Shown: one piece after another, positions 48,637 through 58,374 of the stretch
Layout of the letters: each line of letters starts with the position of its first letter
Numbering within the stretch: the stretch's first letter is position 1
Made by a program: the position numbers and the translations under genes
The notes under the pieces: generated by a model
Told to the model about the DNA's origin: nothing
Database searches by the model: none
The model's input: only the letters and a program-made list of their open reading frames with translations
Origin: an uncultured Poribacteria bacterium
Lineage (GTDB): Bacteria; Poribacteria; WGA-4E; WGA-3G
Assembly: GCA_951813565.1 (NCBI GenBank)
Contig: OX638351.1
Coordinates: 4,928,001-4,992,000, forward strand
Length of the DNA stretch: 64,000 nucleotides
Reading direction: 5' to 3'

Positions 48637-49023
48637 CTATTCTTCTTCAGAGGATTCGGATGCTTCCTCAGTGAGAAGAACTTCCTGATCATCTGCAGAC
48701 AGAGGCATATCCTCATTTTCGTCTGATTCAACTGCTTCATCGTCAGGAAGTGGTTTTCCAAGTTTTTCAAAAGTAAATTTCTTCCAGATACCTTGTTGTG
48801 AAAGCAATCTTTTAGCTGTATCTGTTGGTTGAGCACCACGTCTTAACCACTTCAATGCTTTCTCTTCGTCAATCACGACATCTGCTGGATTCGTTATGGG
48901 ATTATAATGACCGAGACGTTCCAAAAAAACACCATCTCGCTGGGCTCGCGCATCGGCTGCAACGAGCCGATAAAAAGGACGTTTTTTTCTGCCGAGCCGT
49001 TGTAATCTAATTCTAACTGCCAA
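48637..49023 (-). CDS. rpsP: 30S ribosomal protein S16 (TTG start, acidic tail)
   Basis: [22 protein letters not shown]. Confidence 0.98.
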   Translation of the reverse strand: MAVRIRLQRLGRKKRPFYRLVAADARAQRDGVFLERLGHYNPITNPADVVIDEEKALKWLRRGAQPTDTAKRLLSQQGIWKKFTFEKLGKPLPDDEAVESDENEDMPLSADDQEVLLTEEASESSEEE

Positions 49024-49237
49024 AAAATACCTCCTGGTATATAGTAAACCTATAATTATCCTTATATTTTTGTGCTCTGGCGGCTTTTAACTTACTACTG
49101 ATGGATGAATGTAAGAAGCGCAATGAATTGCGCGACTACAAACACTTCTGTTATTTTGCATTTGTTCAAATCAACACTAAATGCGCTTATAGTGTTTGTT
49201 GGGTTTCACTACGTTCTACCCAACCTACAATACTGTG

Positions 49238-50626
49238 TTATTTACGGCGTTTACGTTTCCGAGGCTTTCTTTTTTTTCGCTGTGTTTGAGGGAGCATACC
49301 CATTTTTCCAGCCATCTTTGGCATTGCCATTGATGCTTGTTGGTTCAACATGTTATTCATCATGCGGAGTTGCGAAACCAATTGATTAACCTGATTTACC
49401 GAAGTGCCGCTTCCTTTGGATATGCGGACTTTCCGACTCCGATCTAACAGCTGAGGATTTTGCCGTTCCTCAGGTGTCATAGACTGTATCATCGCTTTGG
49501 CATATTTCAGATGACTTTCATCTGGTTGTAAGTCTTTGACTGGTAATTGGTTCTTAAAAGGAACGAGATCCAACAATTGGTCAAGGGGTCCCATATTTTT
49601 TATTTGTTCAAGCTGCGTGAGGAAATCGTTAAAATTTAATCCTTTTCTCTCCGATAGTTTGCGTTCTAATTCACGTGCTTGGTCTTCGTTAAAAACAGCT
49701 TCAGCTTTTTCCATCAAGGTTTGGAAATCGCCTTGACCGATGATACGAGACGCCATCCGTTCAGGATGAAATTCCTCAAGTGCAGCTGCCTCAATCTTCT
49801 CTCCTACGCCAATGAATTTTATCGGTTTTTCAGTGACAGAACGGATAGAAAGCGCTGCACCACCACGTGCATCTCCATCCATTTTGGTCAAAATAACACC
49901 GCTAATATCTAAATCGTTATTGAAGTTTTCTGCGACGTTCACTGCATCCTGACCGGTCATTGCATCAACCACGAGCAAAATCTCAGAAGGATTTACCGCA
50001 TTCTTGATACTTTGCAGCTCTCCCATCAAGGTTTCATCAATGTGCAAACGCCCTGCAGTGTCAATAATAATACAATCGCAGCCTCGTTTTAAGGCATCTT
50101 GCACAGAATCCTTGGCAATTTTAACAGGTGACACGTCAGTACCCTGGGCAAAAACAGGGGTCTCAATTTGATCCCCAAGCACCTGTAGTTGTTTGATTGC
50201 GGCGGGGCGATAAACATCAGCCGCAACAAGCATCGGGTTGCGGCCTTCTTTACGGAATTTAAGTGCTAATTTTGCTGCGACTGTTGTTTTACCAGCACCT
50301 TGCAAGCCTGCTAACATCACAACCGTCGGACCGTTGGGTGCTATTTGAATCTTCGCAGATTCAGTCCCCATCAAAGTTGTCAATTCCTCTTTGATAATTT
50401 TTGCGATTTGGAGCTCAGGTGTGAGACTGCCCATCACCTCCTGGCCAAGTGCACGCACTTTGATATTTTCTATAAAATCGCGTGTGACCTTGTAGTTAAC
50501 GTCTGCTTCTAAAAAAGCGCGACGCACCTCACGCAGAGAATCAGAGATGTTGTTCTCTGTCAACTTTCCCTGCCCTTTTATCTTTTTGAAGGTGCTTTGT
50601 AATCGTTCGCTTAAACTCTCAAACAT
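49238..50626 (-). CDS. ffh: Signal recognition particle protein
   Basis: GLQGAGKTT, DTAGR, TKMDG, M-domain SMTPEER. Confidence 0.98.
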   Translation of the reverse strand: MFESLSERLQSTFKKIKGQGKLTENNISDSLREVRRAFLEADVNYKVTRDFIENIKVRALGQEVMGSLTPELQIAKIIKEELTTLMGTESAKIQIAPNGPTVVMLAGLQGAGKTTVAAKLALKFRKEGRNPMLVAADVYRPAAIKQLQVLGDQIETPVFAQGTDVSPVKIAKDSVQDALKRGCDCIIIDTAGRLHIDETLMGELQSIKNAVNPSEILLVVDAMTGQDAVNVAENFNNDLDISGVILTKMDGDARGGAALSIRSVTEKPIKFIGVGEKIEAAALEEFHPERMASRIIGQGDFQTLMEKAEAVFNEDQARELERKLSERKGLNFNDFLTQLEQIKNMGPLDQLLDLVPFKNQLPVKDLQPDESHLKYAKAMIQSMTPEERQNPQLLDRSRKVRISKGSGTSVNQVNQLVSQLRMMNNMLNQQASMAMPKMAGKMGMLPQTQRKKRKPRKRKRRK

Positions 50627-50739
50627 GACGATGTGTCCTTTATCAAAGGGAATCAATTATAGAATTATAGCAGATTTTATGGTCTCTGTCAAGTTTTTTT
50701 CGTCTTGACATAAATCTATATCTATGTTAAAACCATGTT

Positions 50740-51753
50740 ATGAAAAACACATCAATAAAATTTATTTTCACCGTCTGTTTAACAGTTTTCTATCTTGGAT
50801 GTCAAGGTGGCGCATTCAATTCTGGCTCTGGCGGATCTGGTTCAGGAATCATTGAAAAATCTGGCGAGTTAACACAAAATGAAATCTGGGATGGACCTAT
50901 CTATGTTACAGGGACTGTTATTGTCCCAGAAGGCATCACGCTGACGATCCGTGCGGGGACGATTATCGGGTTTGAACCAGCAGACGATCCAAGTGGAATC
51001 GTTGTGCATGGTGAACTCTACGCTGAAGGCGCTCCTGATAGAATGATAGTTTTCGGTTCTTTAGGCACTCCGAAAACACCACCGAAATCTAAAATGGAAC
51101 AGACAGCTACGACACCGATTGTACCTCCAACTCAAGGAATAGATGCAGCGCTGCCAAAAACAGGAGATTGGCAAGGTATTAGGATTGAAGCACAGAGCCC
51201 CAACAGTCGACTCACGTATTGTCGGATTCAGCACGCTACTAACGCTATTGTATGCGCAACGGATTCTGTTCAAATTGAGAGATGTCTTTTCAGCGAGAAC
51301 AAAATCGGTGTGCTTTGCGAGGATACCAACCCAACTATATCCGCCAATGAGTTCAACAGAAATGGGAGTGGGGCACAATTTCGCGGTGCCGCCGCACCTG
51401 AAGTGGAATACAATGAATTCAATGCTAACCGATTTGGGCTGGTATGTGAAGATGATTCACGCCCACGTATCCAACATAACAATATCCGATCAAACTATGA
51501 ATATGCTATCATCTGTTACTCTACCTCCTCTCCAGAGATTGTGTCCAACAATATTACTTTGAACAACGGCTGGGCAGTCTATGATGGTGGCAGACTACGG
51601 GACAATTACATCAGCGGGAATAAACAGGTAGGACCCAATGTAACTGAACTGAGTATCGGAACACAGAGCGATCAGTTTTATAGCGTTGATGAGGTTTTTG
51701 ACCCAAGAACTACGCCAGTTTCAGAGGCAGGGGTGCCGAAGGATAATTTTTAA
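50740..51753 (+). CDS. Right-handed parallel beta-helix lipoprotein
   Basis: YLGC lipobox-like motif; VPEGITLTIRAGT, GDWQGI, repeated I.C...S.P.I..N. Confidence 0.8.
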   Translation: MKNTSIKFIFTVCLTVFYLGCQGGAFNSGSGGSGSGIIEKSGELTQNEIWDGPIYVTGTVIVPEGITLTIRAGTIIGFEPADDPSGIVVHGELYAEGAPDRMIVFGSLGTPKTPPKSKMEQTATTPIVPPTQGIDAALPKTGDWQGIRIEAQSPNSRLTYCRIQHATNAIVCATDSVQIERCLFSENKIGVLCEDTNPTISANEFNRNGSGAQFRGAAAPEVEYNEFNANRFGLVCEDDSRPRIQHNNIRSNYEYAIICYSTSSPEIVSNNITLNNGWAVYDGGRLRDNYISGNKQVGPNVTELSIGTQSDQFYSVDEVFDPRTTPVSEAGVPKDNF

Positions 51754-51758
51754 TCATC

Positions 51759-52685
51759 ATGAGTCGTATCAAAGCGTATCTTGAACTTATTCGTTATCCA
51801 CTATTTGCAATTCCGATTGTTGCGACACTTCCGGGCGCGCTTATTGCCAGCGAAGGACAATTGACATGGCGCGTTGCTGCAGCACTCATCATCGCGTTGT
51901 TCGGCTACTTTGCGGGTATGATAAAAAATGACTATTTTCACCGTGAAACAGATGCGCTTACAAATCCTGAACGTCCTCTTCCTTCAAATCGCCTAACGCC
52001 TAAACAAGCTTTGGTGCCCGCAAGTATTATCTATGCACTATGCGTTCTCTGCGGATTTTTGCTAAACGTAAAAGCGGGTTTACTGGTAATGGCGTTAGTC
52101 GCAATTTCGCATCTCTATAATGCGTTTTTCAAAGCAAAAGGAATCTTAGGGAGTTTAACACTGCCTTTGGGAATTGGAATGTTGAATGTCTTTGGCGCGT
52201 TAGTCGTGAGTGGAAGTGTGCCACGGTTAGTGTGGTATGCTTTTGGGGCAACAACACTTTACGATTTAGGCACACATATTACAACCACGTTTAAAGACAT
52301 TTCACGGGATAGAGAGCATGGTATCACAACAACACCTGTACAACTCGGTATTCGTCCAGCGCTGTTTTTGTCTGCCGCCGCAACGATATTAGCTTTTGTT
52401 GTCGCGCTTCTACCGTATTGGCTGGAAGATCCGCTTATCCAAAAATCTTATGCCGTTTGGGTAATTCTGGGTGTACTCGCTGCTATTATAACCCGTATCC
52501 CACTCTATCTGCAACCGAACGAGAAAAACGGTTATTTTGCGTTACAGGGATCAATGATCGGTTCAATTATGTTTTTTCCGTGCCTCATCGGTGCACAAGT
52601 ATCTGTTATCATCTCTGCAGCTGTGATTCTACCTTTGTTGTTAGTGACAATGTTCTTGTTAAGAATTACACGACAAGAGGTCTGA
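51759..52685 (+). CDS. UbiA-family prenyltransferase
   Basis: NDYFHRETDALTNPERPLPS, FKDISRD, multiple TM helices. Confidence 0.88.
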   Translation: MSRIKAYLELIRYPLFAIPIVATLPGALIASEGQLTWRVAAALIIALFGYFAGMIKNDYFHRETDALTNPERPLPSNRLTPKQALVPASIIYALCVLCGFLLNVKAGLLVMALVAISHLYNAFFKAKGILGSLTLPLGIGMLNVFGALVVSGSVPRLVWYAFGATTLYDLGTHITTTFKDISRDREHGITTTPVQLGIRPALFLSAAATILAFVVALLPYWLEDPLIQKSYAVWVILGVLAAIITRIPLYLQPNEKNGYFALQGSMIGSIMFFPCLIGAQVSVIISAAVILPLLLVTMFLLRITRQEV

Positions 52686-52837
52686 AGATAAATATTGTAG
52701 ATTTTTAACGATATAGTAGATCGGGTACTGTAAGGGTGGGTCCCCGTGCCTGCCCGTTGTTTCTTATCAATAATGGCGAGGCACAGAGACCTCGCCCTAC
52801 AGTGATTTAAGATAGACTTTACAATAAAGGATAAAAT

Positions 52838-54283
52838 ATGAAAAATATCGTTTTTCTTATTACTGACACGTTCCGTTATGACAACCTCGGTGAACGCGCT
52901 GAAAAACCTATCCGTACACCACTGCTGGATAAATTTGAAGCGGAACGTGCAACTGCTATTGACAAATTCTATATGAGTAGTTTTCCTACAATCCCGCACC
53001 GCACTGATGTAGCGACTGGCACATTGGGATGGCCCCACTACGGGTGGCAACCAATTGATCAGAGCGGTCCAAACCATATCGCACAGCTCTTAGGTGGGCA
53101 AGGATACGCAACGCAGCTAATCTGCGATTGCCCGCATCTGTTTAACGCCCGGTTCCAGCAAGGATTTCAAGCTGCCTTCCAACATCGCGGACAAGAGGGT
53201 GATAAACCGCTGCTCCATCTGAATGACGAAATACAGACGATCATGCCGGACGACAAAACGCGTCCGAATCCTGCTTTCCGTGGAAATACTTTGCCTAATA
53301 CCCACCGTTGGACAAACAGATACTACCAATACGAGGCAGAAACGTTTTCCGGGAGGACATCGCAATCCACTGTCCGATTCTTAGAGGAGAACTATCACTC
53401 GGGACCTTTCTTCCTCTGGGTTGATTTCTTTGATCCGCACGAACCTTGGGATCCACCCGAATATATTGTCAAACGCTACGATCCAACCTACTCTGGACCA
53501 CCAATGCTACATCCAAACTATGGGCGATCATCTATCTATACTGATGCGGAGTTGCATAATCTGTGGGCACACTACGCTGGCGAATCGGAGATGGTTGATC
53601 GGCATATCGGACGAATTCTTGAAAAAGTTGACGACCTTGAACTTTGGGATGATACGCTTGTTGTCGTAATGTCTGACCACGGGATGTCTATCGGGGAACA
53701 TGGTAGGACAGGAAAATCTAACATTGATTCTGAAGACCCACGGTATTGGCCTACCTATCCTGAAATTAACCATGAAATGTTTTTGATTGCTGGCGGTGAT
53801 GTTCCACAAGGACAACGTCTGGATATGATTGCGCAACCGATGGACATTCTGCCAACGTTATGTGATTTAGCAGGTGTTACGCTTGATCCTCGGAAACCTT
53901 TTGACGGACGTTCCTTTGCAGATGCGCTTCTCAGCGGTGACTCACAACACAGAGAATATGCGGTTACTGGCACGCATATAGGTTCACGCAACGGCACTGT
54001 GCCACGCCGCGCGACAACACCCTTCCTTGTAACCGAACGGTGGGGATACGCGCCGGTAGGTGAACACGGCACACCTGAATTGTTCGACTTATCAGTAGAC
54101 CCGATTGCGACTAATAATCTTGCTGAGGACAATGCTGCACTTGTCGCCGAATTGCATCAGCTCTTTATGGCACACCTTTTGGAGCATAATGCACCAGAAA
54201 CTTTCTTAGCACTATGGCAAGACCCACCGACAGGAGAAGGTAAAGGCAAATGGTCAATTGATTATCCTGAAAAAAAAGAATAA
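52838..54283 (+). CDS. Sulfatase-like hydrolase (alkaline phosphatase superfamily) with Thr at the nucleophile position
   Basis: ITDTFRYD, FPTIPHR, FDPHEPWDPP, SDHG. Confidence 0.85.
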   Translation: MKNIVFLITDTFRYDNLGERAEKPIRTPLLDKFEAERATAIDKFYMSSFPTIPHRTDVATGTLGWPHYGWQPIDQSGPNHIAQLLGGQGYATQLICDCPHLFNARFQQGFQAAFQHRGQEGDKPLLHLNDEIQTIMPDDKTRPNPAFRGNTLPNTHRWTNRYYQYEAETFSGRTSQSTVRFLEENYHSGPFFLWVDFFDPHEPWDPPEYIVKRYDPTYSGPPMLHPNYGRSSIYTDAELHNLWAHYAGESEMVDRHIGRILEKVDDLELWDDTLVVVMSDHGMSIGEHGRTGKSNIDSEDPRYWPTYPEINHEMFLIAGGDVPQGQRLDMIAQPMDILPTLCDLAGVTLDPRKPFDGRSFADALLSGDSQHREYAVTGTHIGSRNGTVPRRATTPFLVTERWGYAPVGEHGTPELFDLSVDPIATNNLAEDNAALVAELHQLFMAHLLEHNAPETFLALWQDPPTGEGKGKWSIDYPEKKE

Positions 54284-54524
54284 AACACGTAGAAAATAAA
54301 TTTAGGGCAAGCCTCTGTGCGTATATTCGTCCAGGGGCTTTTGCCATTTGATGAATCATAAAAATAAAAATAACTTGATTTTCATTCAAAATTAAGGTAA
54401 ACTGTAAGGAAATTAACGAAATGCGTTAAATAGTTATTAGGCATTTGAAATTCCTCTGCTGCACCTCAAATTCTATCTGTTGCATATTCCATTCCTAAAC
54501 ATATCCAAATCATAGTAGGATTAA

Positions 54525-56498
54525 ATGAATACAAGAATTTTTAGCATCATAAGCGTGTTTATTCTGACATTGACCTTCTCTTCGTGTACTATGACGTTAA
54601 TAGGTAGTTCTGTATATGTTGAGCAACTCTACCAATCCGCTGAACAGTTATACACACAACAGAACTATGAAGGGGCGATCACCAAGTATACAGAAGCACT
54701 TATAGAATCAGAAAAGTCCGGTGTAAAAACTGAAAATATTGACAAAGACTTTACAACGCTGGCCAATTTCAAGATTGCAGTTACTTACTCCCGACTTGCC
54801 GAACAAACAGGGAACGTTAGCCATTACTCTACTGCGATTCGGTTAGTGGAAAATGTCGCACCAACGGCTACTGTGCCGAAACATCAAGAGGGATTAACAT
54901 ATCTCTGGGGGCATATTCTCTATCGTACAGAGCAATATGAACTCGCTGAAGAAAAGTTCTTACAGTTAATTGAAAACTTTCCAAACAGTCCACAGATAGA
55001 GAATGCGTGGTACGCCATTGGACAGTTAAATTTTAAATCGCAAAACTATGAAAACTCTCGAATTGCCTTCAGGCATATTCTTGCTGCCTATCCTACCTCC
55101 GAATTTAAAGACGATGCGCTTTACCTCATCGCCCAATCGTTTCTTGATGAAGAAAACTATGAGCTCGCCTACCCGGAATTTGATAGATTTTCCACAGAAG
55201 AATTTAAGAACTATCCCGAGATGCATGCCGATGCGATGTACAAATCCGCATACTGTTTGAATCAATTGGATAGACACGACGAAGCAATTAGTCGTTATAT
55301 AAAATTCATCATAAAGTTTCCGAAAAGTCCACTCGTAACTGCAGTATACTTCGACCAGGGCGGAATTTTTGCTAAACAGAAAAACTATGAAAACGCACGT
55401 GTCAACTACGAGTTAGCACTTCAAAATACAACAGACCAGCAACTCCAATCAGAAATACAGGCTGCAATTGGACAAATGTATTTTGACCGCGCTGACTATG
55501 AAAATGCAATCGCTGTTTATACTGCCCTTATTAATGCTTATCCGTTAAGCGACTTTGTAGCAGATGCGAAACTCGGAATCGCAGACAGTCAGTTTCAATT
55601 GGAACGTTGGAACGATGCAGTTAGTTCTTATCGAGCCGTTATACAACATGAACTGCAAAATGGTGACGGCACCGAATACGTTTTTACACCTTATTGTTTT
55701 TTCCAAGTTGGGGAAGCGTTTTACAAATTCGTCACCTCTCAGAACGAAACAGTTCTGAGCGAAGAGTTAATCGGAACCCTGGAAGTCGCGTTAAAATCTT
55801 ACCAAACAATAGCTAAGCTCTTTCCAGATAACCCGATTCTACCGCATGCATCGTATGGTGCAATCTGGACATTGGACAAGTTGGGACACACAGCAGATTT
55901 TCAGAAAGCCGCTTACGATTTTATTCAAAAGTATCAAAATGATCCTGAATTTGACATTTTTGCAGCGGAAGTGCAACTTCGTAGTGCCGACATAAAGCGC
56001 ACAAAATTTAAACAATATGTCGACGCAGCAGAAGAATATGCGCAAACTTGGGATTATCCGCCATTACCAAAGTTCCTCCTCCTAAAATTGAAGGCAAAGT
56101 TTTTTGAGGGACTCTCTTATTATCAAGCTGCCAATTCGGTAAGTGACGATAAAGTAAATACGTCTGCAGATTTGAGAACGGAATACCTTAAAAAATCTGT
56201 CGAAGCATATCACGCTGCTATAACATTTTTTTCTGATGATGTATACCTTAAAGGCGTTGAAGAGGGAAGGTATGACGACTTTGCTGAACGAAGATCGCAT
56301 GTTGAAGCGTGCATCATGAATGCAGCACTTTCGCACTTGGCACTTGAAAACCCTGATCAAACGATTAGCCTTTATATGTCAATTCCTGATTCAAGTCAGC
56401 ACTACCAAAAAGCGCAATATTATTTGAGAAAACTTGTAAATAATGAAGATCTTGTTGATGAAATTGAAGTAGTTGAACTGGAATCTATACAAAAATGA
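54525..56498 (+). CDS. TPR lipoprotein (BamD/CpoB-like repeats)
   Basis: FSSC lipobox; repeated FPNS/YPTS-type TPRs. Confidence 0.85.
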   Translation: MNTRIFSIISVFILTLTFSSCTMTLIGSSVYVEQLYQSAEQLYTQQNYEGAITKYTEALIESEKSGVKTENIDKDFTTLANFKIAVTYSRLAEQTGNVSHYSTAIRLVENVAPTATVPKHQEGLTYLWGHILYRTEQYELAEEKFLQLIENFPNSPQIENAWYAIGQLNFKSQNYENSRIAFRHILAAYPTSEFKDDALYLIAQSFLDEENYELAYPEFDRFSTEEFKNYPEMHADAMYKSAYCLNQLDRHDEAISRYIKFIIKFPKSPLVTAVYFDQGGIFAKQKNYENARVNYELALQNTTDQQLQSEIQAAIGQMYFDRADYENAIAVYTALINAYPLSDFVADAKLGIADSQFQLERWNDAVSSYRAVIQHELQNGDGTEYVFTPYCFFQVGEAFYKFVTSQNETVLSEELIGTLEVALKSYQTIAKLFPDNPILPHASYGAIWTLDKLGHTADFQKAAYDFIQKYQNDPEFDIFAAEVQLRSADIKRTKFKQYVDAAEEYAQTWDYPPLPKFLLLKLKAKFFEGLSYYQAANSVSDDKVNTSADLRTEYLKKSVEAYHAAITFFSDDVYLKGVEEGRYDDFAERRSHVEACIMNAALSHLALENPDQTISLYMSIPDSSQHYQKAQYYLRKLVNNEDLVDEIEVVELESIQK

Positions 56499-56616
56499 CT
56501 TTGCGTTGATTAGAAGGTAATATAAAACTTTGTTTTTTTCAAACTAAACATAAGGTAATTTTGTCTTATTAAGTACGGTGTCAAAATGTATATATAGGAA
56601 GAAAGAACAAAAGCAC

Positions 56617-57927
56617 ATGGAATCTTCAACCGAATTAGTCAACAAACTTAGACATCTTGTTGAGGAGTCTTGTATCCTGCAGGGGGATCAGGTATCGGCT
56701 TATACTTACGACAGCATAGTTCCTGAAGTAGTTGTCCTGCCTGCCTCTGTCCAAGAGATGCAAAATGTTCTTCAGTTTGCATCAGCACATGATTATACCG
56801 TTATGCCCGCAGGTGCGGGGACAAAACTCGGAGTCGGCAACTTACCACCGAAAACGGATATAGTGTTGGCAACGACTCATCTAAACAGTGTGGTGGAATA
56901 TGAACCTGCTGATTTGACCGTAACTGTAGAAGCAGGTATTCGGTTAGCCGATCTACAAACTGATTTAGCGAAACATCGGCAATTTTTTCCGTTAAATCCA
57001 CCTTATGGGAACAGATGTACTATCGGAGGGATTGTTGCTACAAATGCCAGTGGCCCACTTCGTCTTCAATATGGAACTGCAAGAAATTTGGTCTTAGGTA
57101 TGCACGTCGTGCACGCCAATGGTACAGTCGTAAAGAGTGGTGGTAAAGTCGTTAAAAATGTCGCAGGATACGATCTTAACAAACTTTATATCGGTGCTTT
57201 TGGAACGCTCGGTATTATCACTGAAGTAACGCTCAAATTAGCACCGCTACCTGCACGTCAGGCGATTGTTGCTGCGCAGTTTCAAAACGTTCAAGATGCA
57301 GTTAATACTGGATTGTGTATAGTCAGTTCACAGACGCTACCAACATTTGTAAATCTATGCACAAATTTGTGTATTGACCAATTTTCGGATAGAAAACCGA
57401 CATTAATAGTCGGATTTGGTGGAGATTCTGATACTGTAACATGGCAACTCAACTCAGCGCAATCACTTGTGGAACAAAACGGTGCTTTAGGTGTGCAAAT
57501 TATTGAAGGGGAATCGCAAGAAAGTATCAGTCATTTTATTCAGGAATTTTCTACGGTTGATAAGGCAACCGATACCGCGACCGTAAAGGTTAATCTCAAG
57601 CGGACAGATATCGCAGAATTTGCTGAGATAGCATTGGAAGTTACAGATAAGATGATGGCACTGTTAGGAAATGGTGTCCTTTATCTAAAAATAACATCAG
57701 ATTCTGATACCGATTTACAAGAACTTGCAAACACACTAACGGAGCTACGTCAAAATGCTGTAGATGCAGGAGGCAACCTAATCATAGAGGCTGCACCACC
57801 TGAACTCAAACGGCAGATAGATGTGTGGGGTTCCATTGGTAGCACTCTCAACTTGATGAAACAGGTTAAGGCAAAGTTTGATGGTGGTAGTGTATTGAAC
57901 CCCGGACGTTTTGTTTCAGGTATTTAG
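56617..57927 (+). CDS. glcE: FAD-binding oxidoreductase, glycolate oxidase GlcE-like
   Basis: YEPADLTVTVEAG, GGKVVKNVAGYDL, LNPGRF. Confidence 0.85.
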   Translation: MESSTELVNKLRHLVEESCILQGDQVSAYTYDSIVPEVVVLPASVQEMQNVLQFASAHDYTVMPAGAGTKLGVGNLPPKTDIVLATTHLNSVVEYEPADLTVTVEAGIRLADLQTDLAKHRQFFPLNPPYGNRCTIGGIVATNASGPLRLQYGTARNLVLGMHVVHANGTVVKSGGKVVKNVAGYDLNKLYIGAFGTLGIITEVTLKLAPLPARQAIVAAQFQNVQDAVNTGLCIVSSQTLPTFVNLCTNLCIDQFSDRKPTLIVGFGGDSDTVTWQLNSAQSLVEQNGALGVQIIEGESQESISHFIQEFSTVDKATDTATVKVNLKRTDIAEFAEIALEVTDKMMALLGNGVLYLKITSDSDTDLQELANTLTELRQNAVDAGGNLIIEAAPPELKRQIDVWGSIGSTLNLMKQVKAKFDGGSVLNPGRFVSGI

Positions 57928-58334
57928 CACTCCCCGTCAAACCCCCTGCCTTTAGGTAGGGGATGTCCACGGCTAATGATGTGATGGACAGCACGAAATG
58001 TCCAGCGAAAGCGGAATAAAACCCATCGCTATAACGAAACCTATAAAGTTGGTGGATAGCGTCCATATCAAGCCACTGCAGCACTGCAGACTGGAATGCG
58101 TGAGCGGAGGCACCCCCTCCCGAAGTCTAAGGACTTGTCGCGTGGCGTGCCTGGTAGGAAGGGCAGCTGTGAAATGGGTGGAAAGATAGCCAACCCACGA
58201 CATTGCGAAAAACAAATCAAACAGGCGGGCTTAGCCGCCTAAAGTGGAGACACTATAAGACGGTGGACGCTAAGCGAAAACCGCAGTCGCGAGGAAGCAC
58301 AAGCCCCTACCTTTAGGTAGTGGGTACCTATGAC
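57928..58334 (+). mobile_element. Non-autonomous IS200/IS605-like element with structured omega-RNA-like body, copy 2
   Basis: GTCAAACCCCCTGCCTTTAGGTAGGGG left hairpin; AAGCCCCTACCTTTAGGTAGTGGG..TGAC right end; preceded by TTTAG. Confidence 0.75.
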
Positions 58335-58374
58335 ACCCTAACATCAAGCACGCATTGAAAAGGGAGATCATAAC

